Source: an uncultured Candidatus Binatia bacterium (lineage in GTDB: Bacteria; Desulfobacterota; Binatia; Bin18). From it: a DNA stretch of 64,000 bases. Both the position numbers and the translations under genes were made by a program. The notes beneath the pieces were generated by a model that did not search any database, had not been told where the DNA came from, and worked only from the letters and a program-made list of their open reading frames with translations. The stretch spans positions 2,272,001-2,336,000 of the forward strand of contig OZ243961.1 of the NCBI GenBank assembly GCA_965214605.1, in the 5' to 3' direction. Below are positions 20,943-29,761 of the stretch, in pieces (position 1 is the first letter of the stretch; every line of letters begins with the position of its first letter).

Positions 20943-21704
20943 ATGGCAGAGATACTGAAAGACAAGGTGGCACTCATCACTGGCGGGAGTTCGGGCATTG
21001 GCCGGGCGACTGCTCTCGCCTGCGCCCGGGAGGGCGCCAAGGTGGCGGTCGCCGACATCGTTGGACCGGGCGGCCAAGAGACCGTGCGACTGATCAAAGA
21101 GGCCGGTGGTGAGGCTATTTTTATCCAAGCTGATATGACCAAAGCGCATGAGTTACAAGCCATGGTCAACACCGTCGTCGAGACCTACGGCCGACTCGAC
21201 TGCGCCCATAACAATGCCGGGATCGAGGGCGCGCTGGGCAAGACCGCGGTCTATGATGAGGCAGCCTGGGATCAGGTCATCGCCATCAACCTGACTGGCG
21301 TGTGGCTGTGCATGAAATACGAAATTCCGGCCATGCTCAAAAACGGCGGCGGGGCGATTGTCAACACCGCCTCGGCCGCCGGTCTATTGGGCGTGCCGAA
21401 TATGCCCGCCTATGCAGCCAGCAAACACGGCGTGGTGGGCCTGACCAAAACGGCCGCCCTGGAGTACGCCAAGTCTGGAATCCGGGTCAACGCGGTGTGC
21501 CCAGGTATTATTCAGACGCCGATGGTGGCGCGGCTGACCGGCGAGCGGCCAGACATGTTCGAAAAAATCGCCACCGCAGAACCGATCGGGCGGGTCGGCA
21601 AACCGGAGGAGATTGCCGAGGCAGTGGTCTGGCTGTGTTCGGACGCCGCCTCTTTTGTGACCGGCTATGGCATGTCGGTCGACGGCGGTATTGTGGCGCA
21701 GTAA
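20943..21704 (+). CDS. SDR-family oxidoreductase
   Basis: TGGSSGIG, NNAG and YAASK motifs. Confidence 0.92.
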   Translation: MAEILKDKVALITGGSSGIGRATALACAREGAKVAVADIVGPGGQETVRLIKEAGGEAIFIQADMTKAHELQAMVNTVVETYGRLDCAHNNAGIEGALGKTAVYDEAAWDQVIAINLTGVWLCMKYEIPAMLKNGGGAIVNTASAAGLLGVPNMPAYAASKHGVVGLTKTAALEYAKSGIRVNAVCPGIIQTPMVARLTGERPDMFEKIATAEPIGRVGKPEEIAEAVVWLCSDAASFVTGYGMSVDGGIVAQ

Positions 21705-21789
21705 AGATAAAGAAAGATAAAGAAAGATAGCGGTGATAACCTTTCGGCTTTAGCAAAGGCTCAGCGTTCTCTTTTTTGAGGAGGCACCC

Positions 21790-22683
21790 ATGCGATACGG
21801 CTTACACGTAGGCGGCGGCGCGGTCATGGGCAAGAATTCGGCTGCACGGCAGATTGGCGAGCTCGCTGAGGAACTTGGCTACGACGGCATTGTGACCGGT
21901 GACCATATCACCATTCCCAAAGAGATCGGCTCAACCTATCCATATACCAAGCTGGCCGAGTCAATGGGATACAACCCGTACGCGGTGTTCACCACCATGG
22001 ATTGGCTAGACGCCTTTACGGTGCTCGGCCTATTAGTGCCGGTAACAAAGACAGTCCGCTTAGGAACGAGTGTCACGATCGTCCCCTATCGCCATCCTCT
22101 TGATATGGCTCGAGTGGTGGCCAGTCTAGATGTGGCTTCCGGCGGACGGATCATTTTTGGTGCCGGAGTCGGTTGGATGCGCGAAGAGTTTGAGCTGCTC
22201 GGCGTCCCCTATGAGGAGCGCGCCTCGCGCACGCGTGAATATCTGCGTGTCATGCAAGAGGTTTGGACCAAGGACATCCCCCGCTTTAACGGCAAATACG
22301 TCCAGGTCGACAAAGAGCTGCACTTCGCTCCCAAGCCGATCCAAAAGCCCCATCCGACAATTTGGGTCGGTGGAGAATCGACACCAGCTTTAAAACGGGT
22401 GGTGGAATTTGGCTCGGGCTGGCATATCGGCCCGGTCGACATTGAAGATATCAGGCCCCGCTTTGATGAGCTGAGGAGGCTGATGGAAGCCGCGGGTCGC
22501 AGTTACGATGAGCTAGAGATTACCTGGATGGTCGATAATGCGCGCACCGATGCGGCCGCAATTCGGGCCTATCAGGACCTTGGGGTGCACGGCTTATACG
22601 TAACCGCCGCTACTGCCGATCCGGACGAGATGTGCGCGATCATGCGGGATTTTCCGAAGAAAGTACAGGATACGGTGGGCTGA
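21790..22683 (+). CDS. LLM-class F420-dependent oxidoreductase
   Basis: GDHI, PYRHP, GVGWMREEF and PKPIQKPHP motifs. Confidence 0.88.
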   Translation: MRYGLHVGGGAVMGKNSAARQIGELAEELGYDGIVTGDHITIPKEIGSTYPYTKLAESMGYNPYAVFTTMDWLDAFTVLGLLVPVTKTVRLGTSVTIVPYRHPLDMARVVASLDVASGGRIIFGAGVGWMREEFELLGVPYEERASRTREYLRVMQEVWTKDIPRFNGKYVQVDKELHFAPKPIQKPHPTIWVGGESTPALKRVVEFGSGWHIGPVDIEDIRPRFDELRRLMEAAGRSYDELEITWMVDNARTDAAAIRAYQDLGVHGLYVTAATADPDEMCAIMRDFPKKVQDTVG

Positions 22684-23103
22684 TAACCCCGAGCCGGCCA
22701 AAGAACGGCTCGCCACAAAACGGAACCTTGAAAAACTTGAAGAGCGCCCGAGCTCTCGTATCCGAGAGCTCGCATATAAACTTGCATTTCGTCTCGGCAC
22801 CATGATGGTTATCGTGGTGGGCTTGGTTGCACCTCCGGTCACCATCCTCTGAGTCTGAACGATATAGCTGCCGAGCCCGGTCACCCCTCGTCCTGCTTCG
22901 GCCAGTAAGCGATCTCCCCCCTAGTCCTTCGAGCGCCAGGCCCCGCAGAGCTGATCTAGCATCAGCCGTCCGAGCTGCTAGGTGAGCGCAACTAAAGATT
23001 TCTTCCCAGGGGGTATCCCAACCGACTCAGATATGCTTGACAGTTCAAAGCAGTAAGCAGAATAATCTGTCGCCAAGCCTCATCCAATTGAAAAAGGGGA
23101 AGT

Positions 23104-24339
23104 ATGCCTTTCCAGTTGCGCTACAGTATTGACGATCAGGATATCACGGTGGTCGCCATCGGCTTGTTTGTCGCACCAAACAAAATGTTACTGGAACTGA
23201 TGCGTTTAGGCGTTCGAGTGGTACTGGTCGAACCGATTATAGGCGCCCACAAGAGCCGTGGCCTGCCCGACCGGGATCGCGGTCCACTCAGCCGGGACGG
23301 CCTCAGCATTCCGTGGCACATGCTCCACCGTGGCATGCAGTCCCTAGCGGTTGATCTGCACCAAGAGGCAGGGCGGCGGTTGGTGCTCGATTTGATCAAG
23401 GCAACCCACGTTCTGGTCAGCAACTGGCCGCCGCGTATGGCTCCCTGGCTTGAATACGGGCACTTGGTCGAGCACTGCGGTCCGGAGGTCATCAAGATTC
23501 AGTTCGACGGAGGGCATAACGGCCGGGTGGCTAACGATTACTCCATGCAGGGGGCGACCGGTCTGGCCCATGCGACCGGAGAACCCCATGGTCGGCCGCT
23601 GACCATTCCTGTGGCATTCTTTGACATGGTCACCGGGCTGCACGGCCTGAACGCCTTTCATGTCGGCCTGCGGCGTTTAGCCGAAACCGGCCGGGGTGAT
23701 TGTTACAGGATCGCGCTTGAGCAGGTCGCCTTTCAGACGCTAGCCGAGCTGGGGTGGTATGCCCAGGCCGAGACCACGGGCGAGCGCCGTGAGCCGATTG
23801 GAGACAATCTGCTCGACGCCGTCCACGGGCACTATGCGACACGAGACGGAAAATTCATCACCCTCAACCTAATTGGCGACAGCGTGTTGCGCAAACTGCG
23901 CGAGGCAACCGGCATGACGACCCTGGCCTATGATACCCAAGGTCACGAGATCCACGGCGATCACGCCCGATACTTGGTCGTCGAAGAAATCAAAAAACAT
24001 ATTGCAGACTGGATTGGTGCGCGCTCACAGGATGAAGCGCTGGACATCCTGCAACAGGCCGGCTTGGTCTCCGAGCCGTGTCGGGACAGCGTAGAGGCTG
24101 AAGAATATACCCACCAACTCCCCTGCTTTCACGCCGTTGACGATCCCGACCTGGGCCCGATATGGATACCCGGACCGGTCATTGAAGCGCGGGATTTGGA
24201 GCCGGTCGAGCTGTCGAGGGCTCCTCATCCGGGCGAGCATACGTATGAAATTCTTGAGAGCGTTCTGGGCCTCAGCAAGTTCGCCGTTGCCAAGCTGGAA
24301 CGACAGGGGCTCGTCGCCGGGCCGGGGCCGACCAGCTAA
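23104..24339 (+). CDS. Divergent class III CoA-transferase (CaiB/BaiF; mesaconyl-CoA C1-C4 transferase-like)
   Basis: SLAVDL, DYSMQGATG, FFD (catalytic Asp position) and APHPGEHT motifs; a TTGACA promoter candidate lies at 23037. Confidence 0.7.
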   Translation: MPFQLRYSIDDQDITVVAIGLFVAPNKMLLELMRLGVRVVLVEPIIGAHKSRGLPDRDRGPLSRDGLSIPWHMLHRGMQSLAVDLHQEAGRRLVLDLIKATHVLVSNWPPRMAPWLEYGHLVEHCGPEVIKIQFDGGHNGRVANDYSMQGATGLAHATGEPHGRPLTIPVAFFDMVTGLHGLNAFHVGLRRLAETGRGDCYRIALEQVAFQTLAELGWYAQAETTGERREPIGDNLLDAVHGHYATRDGKFITLNLIGDSVLRKLREATGMTTLAYDTQGHEIHGDHARYLVVEEIKKHIADWIGARSQDEALDILQQAGLVSEPCRDSVEAEEYTHQLPCFHAVDDPDLGPIWIPGPVIEARDLEPVELSRAPHPGEHTYEILESVLGLSKFAVAKLERQGLVAGPGPTS

Positions 24340-24513
24340 GCCGGGCCCTGCACGCTATGTCAATTCGATAATATCCGCCGGATACAAGAAGGTCGTTTCA
24401 GGACATTACATACAGTCTTGACCAGACCCTCTTTGACCTCCCGTTTTCGTCTTGGCGGCGAAATTAAGACCTTCGCACGACTTTGCAACCATCCGCCCGG
24501 CATAGCGGCCGTT

Positions 24514-24528
24514 TGGCACCTTTTTTGC
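24514..24528 (+). promoter_or_regulatory. Sigma54 -24/-12 promoter consensus
   Basis: TGGCAC-CTTTT-TTGC is an exact match to TGGCAC-N5-TTGC. Confidence 0.6.
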
Positions 24529-24539
24529 CAGAATAATAG

Positions 24540-24625
24540 AGTATTGTTTCAGGTGTCCCCCAGAGCAACGCTCCGGTCCCTCCTCGGGGCGTTGCACCAA
24601 GCCCCCATCCCCCCGGGGGCTTTTT
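24540..24625 (+). ncRNA. Candidate small RNA (~85 nt) with an anti-SD loop and Rho-independent terminator
   Basis: An 11-bp stem at 24565-24595 carries the loop GTCCCTCCT and is followed by the hairpin AAGCCCCC...GGGGGCTT plus a U-tract. Confidence 0.5.
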
Positions 24626-24675
24626 CATGCCCCTGTCATCAGATACTGTGCTTGGCCCTGTCGGAAACCGCTGCC

Positions 24676-25209
24676 ATGGTCACACCCACACCAAACCGCC
24701 CTCCTTTGAGATGGATTGTCCCCCTGAGCGCCGCCATCAGCCTGTTTCTGCTGTGGTTGATCTATTGGAAACCGGCCGCCACCACCCAGGCGGGATGGAT
24801 CACAGTTCTGCCTGCCACAAATGCCCTGTGTAATGGACTGAGCGCGTGCTGTTTGATTGCGGGATTTTTGAATATTCGACGCGGCAGGCGGACTGCTCAC
24901 ATCCGCTGTATGCTTGGCGCGGTGCTGTGTTCAGTTCTGTTTCTGACCGGCTATATTGTCTACCACCATTTTCACGGCGATACGCCGTTTCCGGGTCAGG
25001 GCCTTGTTCGACCGATCTACTTCACCATTCTCATCAGCCACATTGTCCTGTCTATCGTCGTCCTCCCCATGGTATTGACAACGCTCTACTACGCCGGAAC
25101 AGGCCAATACCAAACCCACCGGAGGCTGGCCCGCTATACCTTACCCCTCTGGCTGTACGTCTCGGTAACCGGCGTAGCCGTGTTTTTCTTTTTGCACGCC
25201 TACACCTAG
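24676..25209 (+). CDS. DUF420-family membrane protein
   Basis: LPATNA, YFTILISHIVL and PLWLYVSVTGV motifs. Confidence 0.85.
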   Translation: MVTPTPNRPPLRWIVPLSAAISLFLLWLIYWKPAATTQAGWITVLPATNALCNGLSACCLIAGFLNIRRGRRTAHIRCMLGAVLCSVLFLTGYIVYHHFHGDTPFPGQGLVRPIYFTILISHIVLSIVVLPMVLTTLYYAGTGQYQTHRRLARYTLPLWLYVSVTGVAVFFFLHAYT

Positions 25210-25351
25210 CTCGGGCTGCACCGGCGTGACAAGCAGCGAAGCAGTCCAACACATGTCAACAATCACGAGCCGTTGTCTTCATCCTCACGGTTTGGGATGA
25301 TCAGGCAACGTAGGAGTTGCCAAGCCCCACGAAAACGGCCAAGATGAGGCC

Positions 25352-25936
25352 ATGCGGATTGGTTTGCTCACAGACACCCACCTGCCGAGCACAATCCAGC
25401 ACTTATGGGACGAAGTCAAAGACGTCTTTGCCGGGGCGGACCTGATTCTGCACGGCGGCGACATTGTAACACCCCGGGTGCTGGACTGGCTCGAACAGAT
25501 CGCCCCGACCCTGGCTGCGGAGGGCAATAACGACAGCAGCGGTTGGCAGGACCCCCGCATGAAGACCATTCAGTGGCTCGATCTTGAGGGCTGGCGGGTA
25601 GCCCTGATCCACGATATGGAGCCCGAGGATCGCCCGATTGCGCACCTGAGAGAGGTCTACCTTAAGGGCAAACACGCCGACATTCTTATTACCGGCCACA
25701 CCCACTATGAGCGTTTGGACTATCGGGACGGGGTGCTGCAAATCAATACCGGCAGTGCCACCCACCCGCATCTGTGGTCAACCCGGCTGGGGACGGTTGG
25801 TCTGCTCGACCTGGCACCGGGTAAAATCACGGCTCAGGTCATCAAGCTCGGCGACAGCCCAAACCTCCCCAATCCGGGCCGGGAATTGTTTTTCGACCTC
25901 CAGGCGTATCAGGCCCGGCGGGCGGCGCAGCAGTAG
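25352..25936 (+). CDS. Calcineurin-like metallophosphoesterase (YfcE-like)
   Basis: DTH, HGGD, GNND and GHTH motifs. Confidence 0.9.
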   Translation: MRIGLLTDTHLPSTIQHLWDEVKDVFAGADLILHGGDIVTPRVLDWLEQIAPTLAAEGNNDSSGWQDPRMKTIQWLDLEGWRVALIHDMEPEDRPIAHLREVYLKGKHADILITGHTHYERLDYRDGVLQINTGSATHPHLWSTRLGTVGLLDLAPGKITAQVIKLGDSPNLPNPGRELFFDLQAYQARRAAQQ

Positions 25937-25949
25937 CGCCCCATTCATC

Positions 25950-26640
25950 AGTCCCGCTCAAATCAGAATAGCTGCGGCAAGCTGCTCCAACTCAGCAGCG
26001 CCTCATCCCCCTCGGTGTGAGTCAGCCGGACCGTCACCTGATCAGCCCCGGCCCGTTCCAAGACATCCAATTCCTTAACCCGTCCGAAATTCTACCGGCA
26101 TACCGAAGGCAACGATTTCCAGCGTCCGTGGATCGCGTTCCGCCTGCTCGGCCAAGGTAGTAAGGTGCCGCTCGCCCAGCAGCGGTCTCCTCTACCGTGA
26201 CCCGAGCCGGAATCCAACTGTCGCCCCGGTCGGCGCGTTGGAAGACCTTGGCATCCATGCTGCCCAACAACACAGGCGGATGGGGTTTCTGGACTGGTTT
26301 GGGGAAACAGCGCACTGGTGGAAACCGATAATAGCGCCCTTGATAACTAGACTCCTCCTGTGTCCACAGTTGCTGCATGGTCCGGACGGCACCCCCGGTC
26401 TGCGTCCAGCGGCGCGGGAAGTCCACCCCCCATGATCTCGGCCTCTTCTCTAAGCCGGCCAGCTCCGATACCGAACAGAAATCGACCGCCGGAACACGCG
26501 TCAAGCGTTGCCACCCGCTTCGCCAGTAGCATGAGGGTTGTGCTCCGGCACCCAGAACGAGGCAAAGCCCAAGGTCTCGGCCCGCTGAGCGAGAACCGCC
26601 GGATCGGTTGAATAGTCAGTCGCAAAGACAACGACTTTCA
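25950..26640 (-). pseudogene. Frameshifted LLM/F420 oxidoreductase remnant
   Basis: LAKRVATLDACSGGRFLFGIGAG and FPKPVQKPHPP occur in different frames. Confidence 0.75.
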
Positions 26641-26646
26641 TCCAAA

Positions 26647-27096
26647 TCAGTGTCTATGCGGGAGCGGCTCAATACCAGTCTGTCCGCCAAAGCACGGCAA
26701 GTCGTCTCCGAACGTTATCCACTCAGCCCGATCCGAAAAATAATAGTGCGCCTCCGGCTGGCGGTCGATCTTATCGTGTAGGTTGGCCAAGACGATATCA
26801 ACCACATCCGGGTGATGGTTTGATATGCAGAACATGGTGCTGCCGCACACTCGGCAGAACGAGCGGCGCCCATGGTCTGAAGAGGAGTAGACAGTCAGCC
26901 GTTCTTCACCGTCCACGAATCGGAACTGAGAATCCTTGACCGCAATCCAGGTCACATAGCCCGCTCCGTGAATGCGCCGACACATCGAGCAGTGACAGTG
27001 TCCACAGAACAGGGTTGGTAGACTGACTTCAAACCTAACCGCCCCACAGAAACACGATCCTCTGACCGGCCTACTCTCTTCGTCGGTTTCACCCAT
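26647..27096 (-). CDS. GFA/CENP-V family Zn protein
   Basis: GSCFCGAV, CHCSMCRR and FCRVCGS motifs. Confidence 0.88.
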   Translation of the reverse strand: MGETDEESRPVRGSCFCGAVRFEVSLPTLFCGHCHCSMCRRIHGAGYVTWIAVKDSQFRFVDGEERLTVYSSSDHGRRSFCRVCGSTMFCISNHHPDVVDIVLANLHDKIDRQPEAHYYFSDRAEWITFGDDLPCFGGQTGIEPLPHRH

Positions 27097-27196
27097 GATT
27101 TTCTCCTTAATGAGACAAAGGATGATCATAGATCATCGTCGTTCACCTTGTCACCGTCTCCGTGTACCCTGGATTCGAAGTGTTCGGCAAGCCTCG

Positions 27197-27967
27197 TCAA
27201 AACCACACGCGTACCCCGGCGACAAAGGCCAACGTATCCACGGCCGCTCCCGCCCGACGGGCAAGAGCGGCGGTCTTCCCAATTCTACGCAGCCAGGAAA
27301 CACCTAGATAAGGGGCAAACTCGCGCCGGATTTCAAAACGAAGGCGTAAGCCCCATTCGATATTGTTTAGTCCCGCACCAATGTCGAATTGTTCCATATC
27401 TTGGGCGGCCAAGTCCAGCTCAAGGCGCGTTTGAGCGATCAGGCGTTGGGTTAGAAGTAAGTCGTATTTTCCGGTGAACCGGATGGAGACGTCTCCGTCG
27501 TCACTTACAAAGAACGCTGGTTCCGCCTCAATCCAGTACGGGGTATGTCCCTCGGCACTGAGCGTCAGAAAGGTTTGCGACCGCTCAGGCTCCTCACCAT
27601 AGTGCTGGTCATAGCGAACACCGGCCCGGAGATCCCAAAAAGGACTGACTAAGCGACTGTAGAGCAACTGGACCTCCGCTTCTCCGCTGCTGTCTTCCGA
27701 CAGCTCGGATTCCCCCTCGGTTTTTATCCAGAACTTGTGATAGTCTCTTCCCACCCATCCCTCAACGTTCCAGTTCAGGGTTTCCATCCCATTGCCGCCA
27801 CGGTATTCAAGCTGATCAAACAGCAGAAAGCTGAACACCCGGTCGCCCATTCCCGGCTTCGGCCAGTCCGGTGGAGCGGCAAGCGCGCAAACCGGCTGAA
27901 ACGAAACCACCGCATAGACAAAGGCCGGGATCAACCAAGAAGAGGGCTTTGTGTACCTCTGCCTCAT
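27197..27967 (-). CDS. copB: Copper resistance protein B
   Basis: DQLEY, SPFWDL and RREFAPYLGVSW...GVRVWF motifs; coupled to copA. Confidence 0.88.
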   Translation of the reverse strand: MRQRYTKPSSWLIPAFVYAVVSFQPVCALAAPPDWPKPGMGDRVFSFLLFDQLEYRGGNGMETLNWNVEGWVGRDYHKFWIKTEGESELSEDSSGEAEVQLLYSRLVSPFWDLRAGVRYDQHYGEEPERSQTFLTLSAEGHTPYWIEAEPAFFVSDDGDVSIRFTGKYDLLLTQRLIAQTRLELDLAAQDMEQFDIGAGLNNIEWGLRLRFEIRREFAPYLGVSWLRRIGKTAALARRAGAAVDTLAFVAGVRVWF

Positions 27968-29712
27968 CCCTCTGCCTCCACAGGAGCCGGAGATACCGAG
28001 ACAAGCCGGAACATGCCCGCCTCCATGTGATACAGCAGGTGACAGTGGAACGCCCACAGGCCAGGGGCGTCAACCGTGATATCAACGGACATGCGTTCGG
28101 CCGGTTTCACGCTCAGCGTGTGTTTTTTGGGTTTGTAGAGTCCGGCCCCATTCTCAAGCTCCATCCACATCCCGTGCAGGTGTATCGGATGGTCCATCAT
28201 GGTGTCGTTCACCAAGGTGAGACGAACCCGCTCGCCGTAGTCGAGGGGAATCGGCCGGGTGACCTCAGCGAAGGTCTTGCCATTAAAGGACCACATATAG
28301 CGCTCCATATTTCCGGTCAGATGCAGTTCCAGCTCTCGTCCCGGGAGCCGCTCAGTACCAGAGGTGAGGCTGTGCAGATCGCTGTAGGTAAGGACGCGGT
28401 GGCCGGTCTTTTCAAGTCCAATCCCAGGCTCGCTGAGCCGACTGCGTGGCACCCGTGCAACCATAGCCGCCCCCGGCCCGTGATGGTCCGGGCCATGCGC
28501 CCTGCCGACATGATGGGCATGAGTCGTATGGGGCAGGTGAGCTGATCCAACCTGTTTTCGATAAGTGTGGGCTCGGGATTGAGCGCCATCATGCCCCATA
28601 TCCGCCATAGTCCGTAGCGGCCGTGACCTACGGGCCGGTAAGGCTGCCGTCATGCCCCGACGTGGGGCAAGAAGTCCACACGCATAGCCGCTGCGGTCCA
28701 TAGTCTCGGCAAAAATCGTATAAGCATGATTATCGCGTGGCTCGACAAGCGCGTCATATGTCTCCGCTGGAGCGATACGAAACTCGTCTACCGTGACGGG
28801 CTTCACATTCTGACCATCAGCCTGAATCACCTGCAGCGCCAGCCCCGGTATTCGTACGTCGAAGTAGGTCATGGCCGCGCTATTGATGAACCGTAGCCGG
28901 ACTCGCTCACCAGGCTGAAACAGGGCGGTCCAATTGGCGGACGGCGGCAGGCCATTCATGAGATAGGTGTAGGTGTAGCCGGTCACATCAGCGATATCGG
29001 TTGGGTCCATTCGCATTCGGCCCCACATCAGGCGGTTGGCCAGGGGCGCCTTCCAGCCCTTCTGCGCAGACTCGCGCAGGAAGTTGAGGCCAGTTTGTCG
29101 CTGAAAGTTATAGTAGGTACTGTGCTTTTTGAGCTTTGCCAGGACTCGACGCGGGTCTTCGAAGGTCCAGTCGGACAGCAGCACGATATAGTCACGTTCA
29201 TAGCTGAACGGTTCCGGTTCAACTGGATCAATAATCAGCGGGGCATAGACGCCGGACTGTTCCTGAAGGCCCGAGTGACTGTGATACCAGTAGGTGCCGC
29301 TCTGCCTGACTTGGTAGCGGTAGGTAAACGTCTGGCCAGGGTGGATTCCAGCAAAACTCACTCCAGGCACGCCGTCCATACCGGCTGGGACCAACAGCCC
29401 ATGCCAGTGGAGCGCACTCACTTCTTGGAGTTCGTTGGTGACCCGCAGGATGGCGGTTTGGCCCTCACGCAAGCGAACCAGAGGACCGGGAATAGAACCG
29501 TTTATGGTCGTCGCCACCGCCCTGCGTCCGTCAATGGTTAAGGGTTTGTTCTGAATACACAGATCTATGACAGCTGGGTCGGTCAAGTCACCGGCGCGTG
29601 GTACGGATGGCTGACTTTGCCAGGCATAGGCGGGGACAAGCTGCTCAAGTCCCAGGCCCACGCCAAGCACAGCCGCATCCTGCAGGAAACGCCGTCTTGT
29701 CAATAGATTCAC
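27964..29712 (-). CDS. copA: Copper-resistance multicopper oxidase (Tat-exported)
   Basis: TRRRFL Tat motif, HWHG, WYHSH, HPIHLHG and HCHLLYHM. Confidence 0.93.
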   Translation of the reverse strand: MNLLTRRRFLQDAAVLGVGLGLEQLVPAYAWQSQPSVPRAGDLTDPAVIDLCIQNKPLTIDGRRAVATTINGSIPGPLVRLREGQTAILRVTNELQEVSALHWHGLLVPAGMDGVPGVSFAGIHPGQTFTYRYQVRQSGTYWYHSHSGLQEQSGVYAPLIIDPVEPEPFSYERDYIVLLSDWTFEDPRRVLAKLKKHSTYYNFQRQTGLNFLRESAQKGWKAPLANRLMWGRMRMDPTDIADVTGYTYTYLMNGLPPSANWTALFQPGERVRLRFINSAAMTYFDVRIPGLALQVIQADGQNVKPVTVDEFRIAPAETYDALVEPRDNHAYTIFAETMDRSGYACGLLAPRRGMTAALPARRSRPLRTMADMGHDGAQSRAHTYRKQVGSAHLPHTTHAHHVGRAHGPDHHGPGAAMVARVPRSRLSEPGIGLEKTGHRVLTYSDLHSLTSGTERLPGRELELHLTGNMERYMWSFNGKTFAEVTRPIPLDYGERVRLTLVNDTMMDHPIHLHGMWMELENGAGLYKPKKHTLSVKPAERMSVDITVDAPGLWAFHCHLLYHMEAGMFRLVSVSPAPVEAEG

Positions 29713-29761
29713 TGTCGGTCTCCCTTTTGGAGAGCCATCCGACGGCCCTCTCCGAGGACTA

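Noticed and set aside
21703-21730. Short tandem repeat (AAAGATAAAG)x~2.8
   Set aside because: It is short, intergenic and low-complexity, with no evidence of function.
24418-24675. N-terminal extension of the DUF420 ORF
   Set aside because: It runs through a promoter motif and a terminator; family similarity begins only after ATG 24676.
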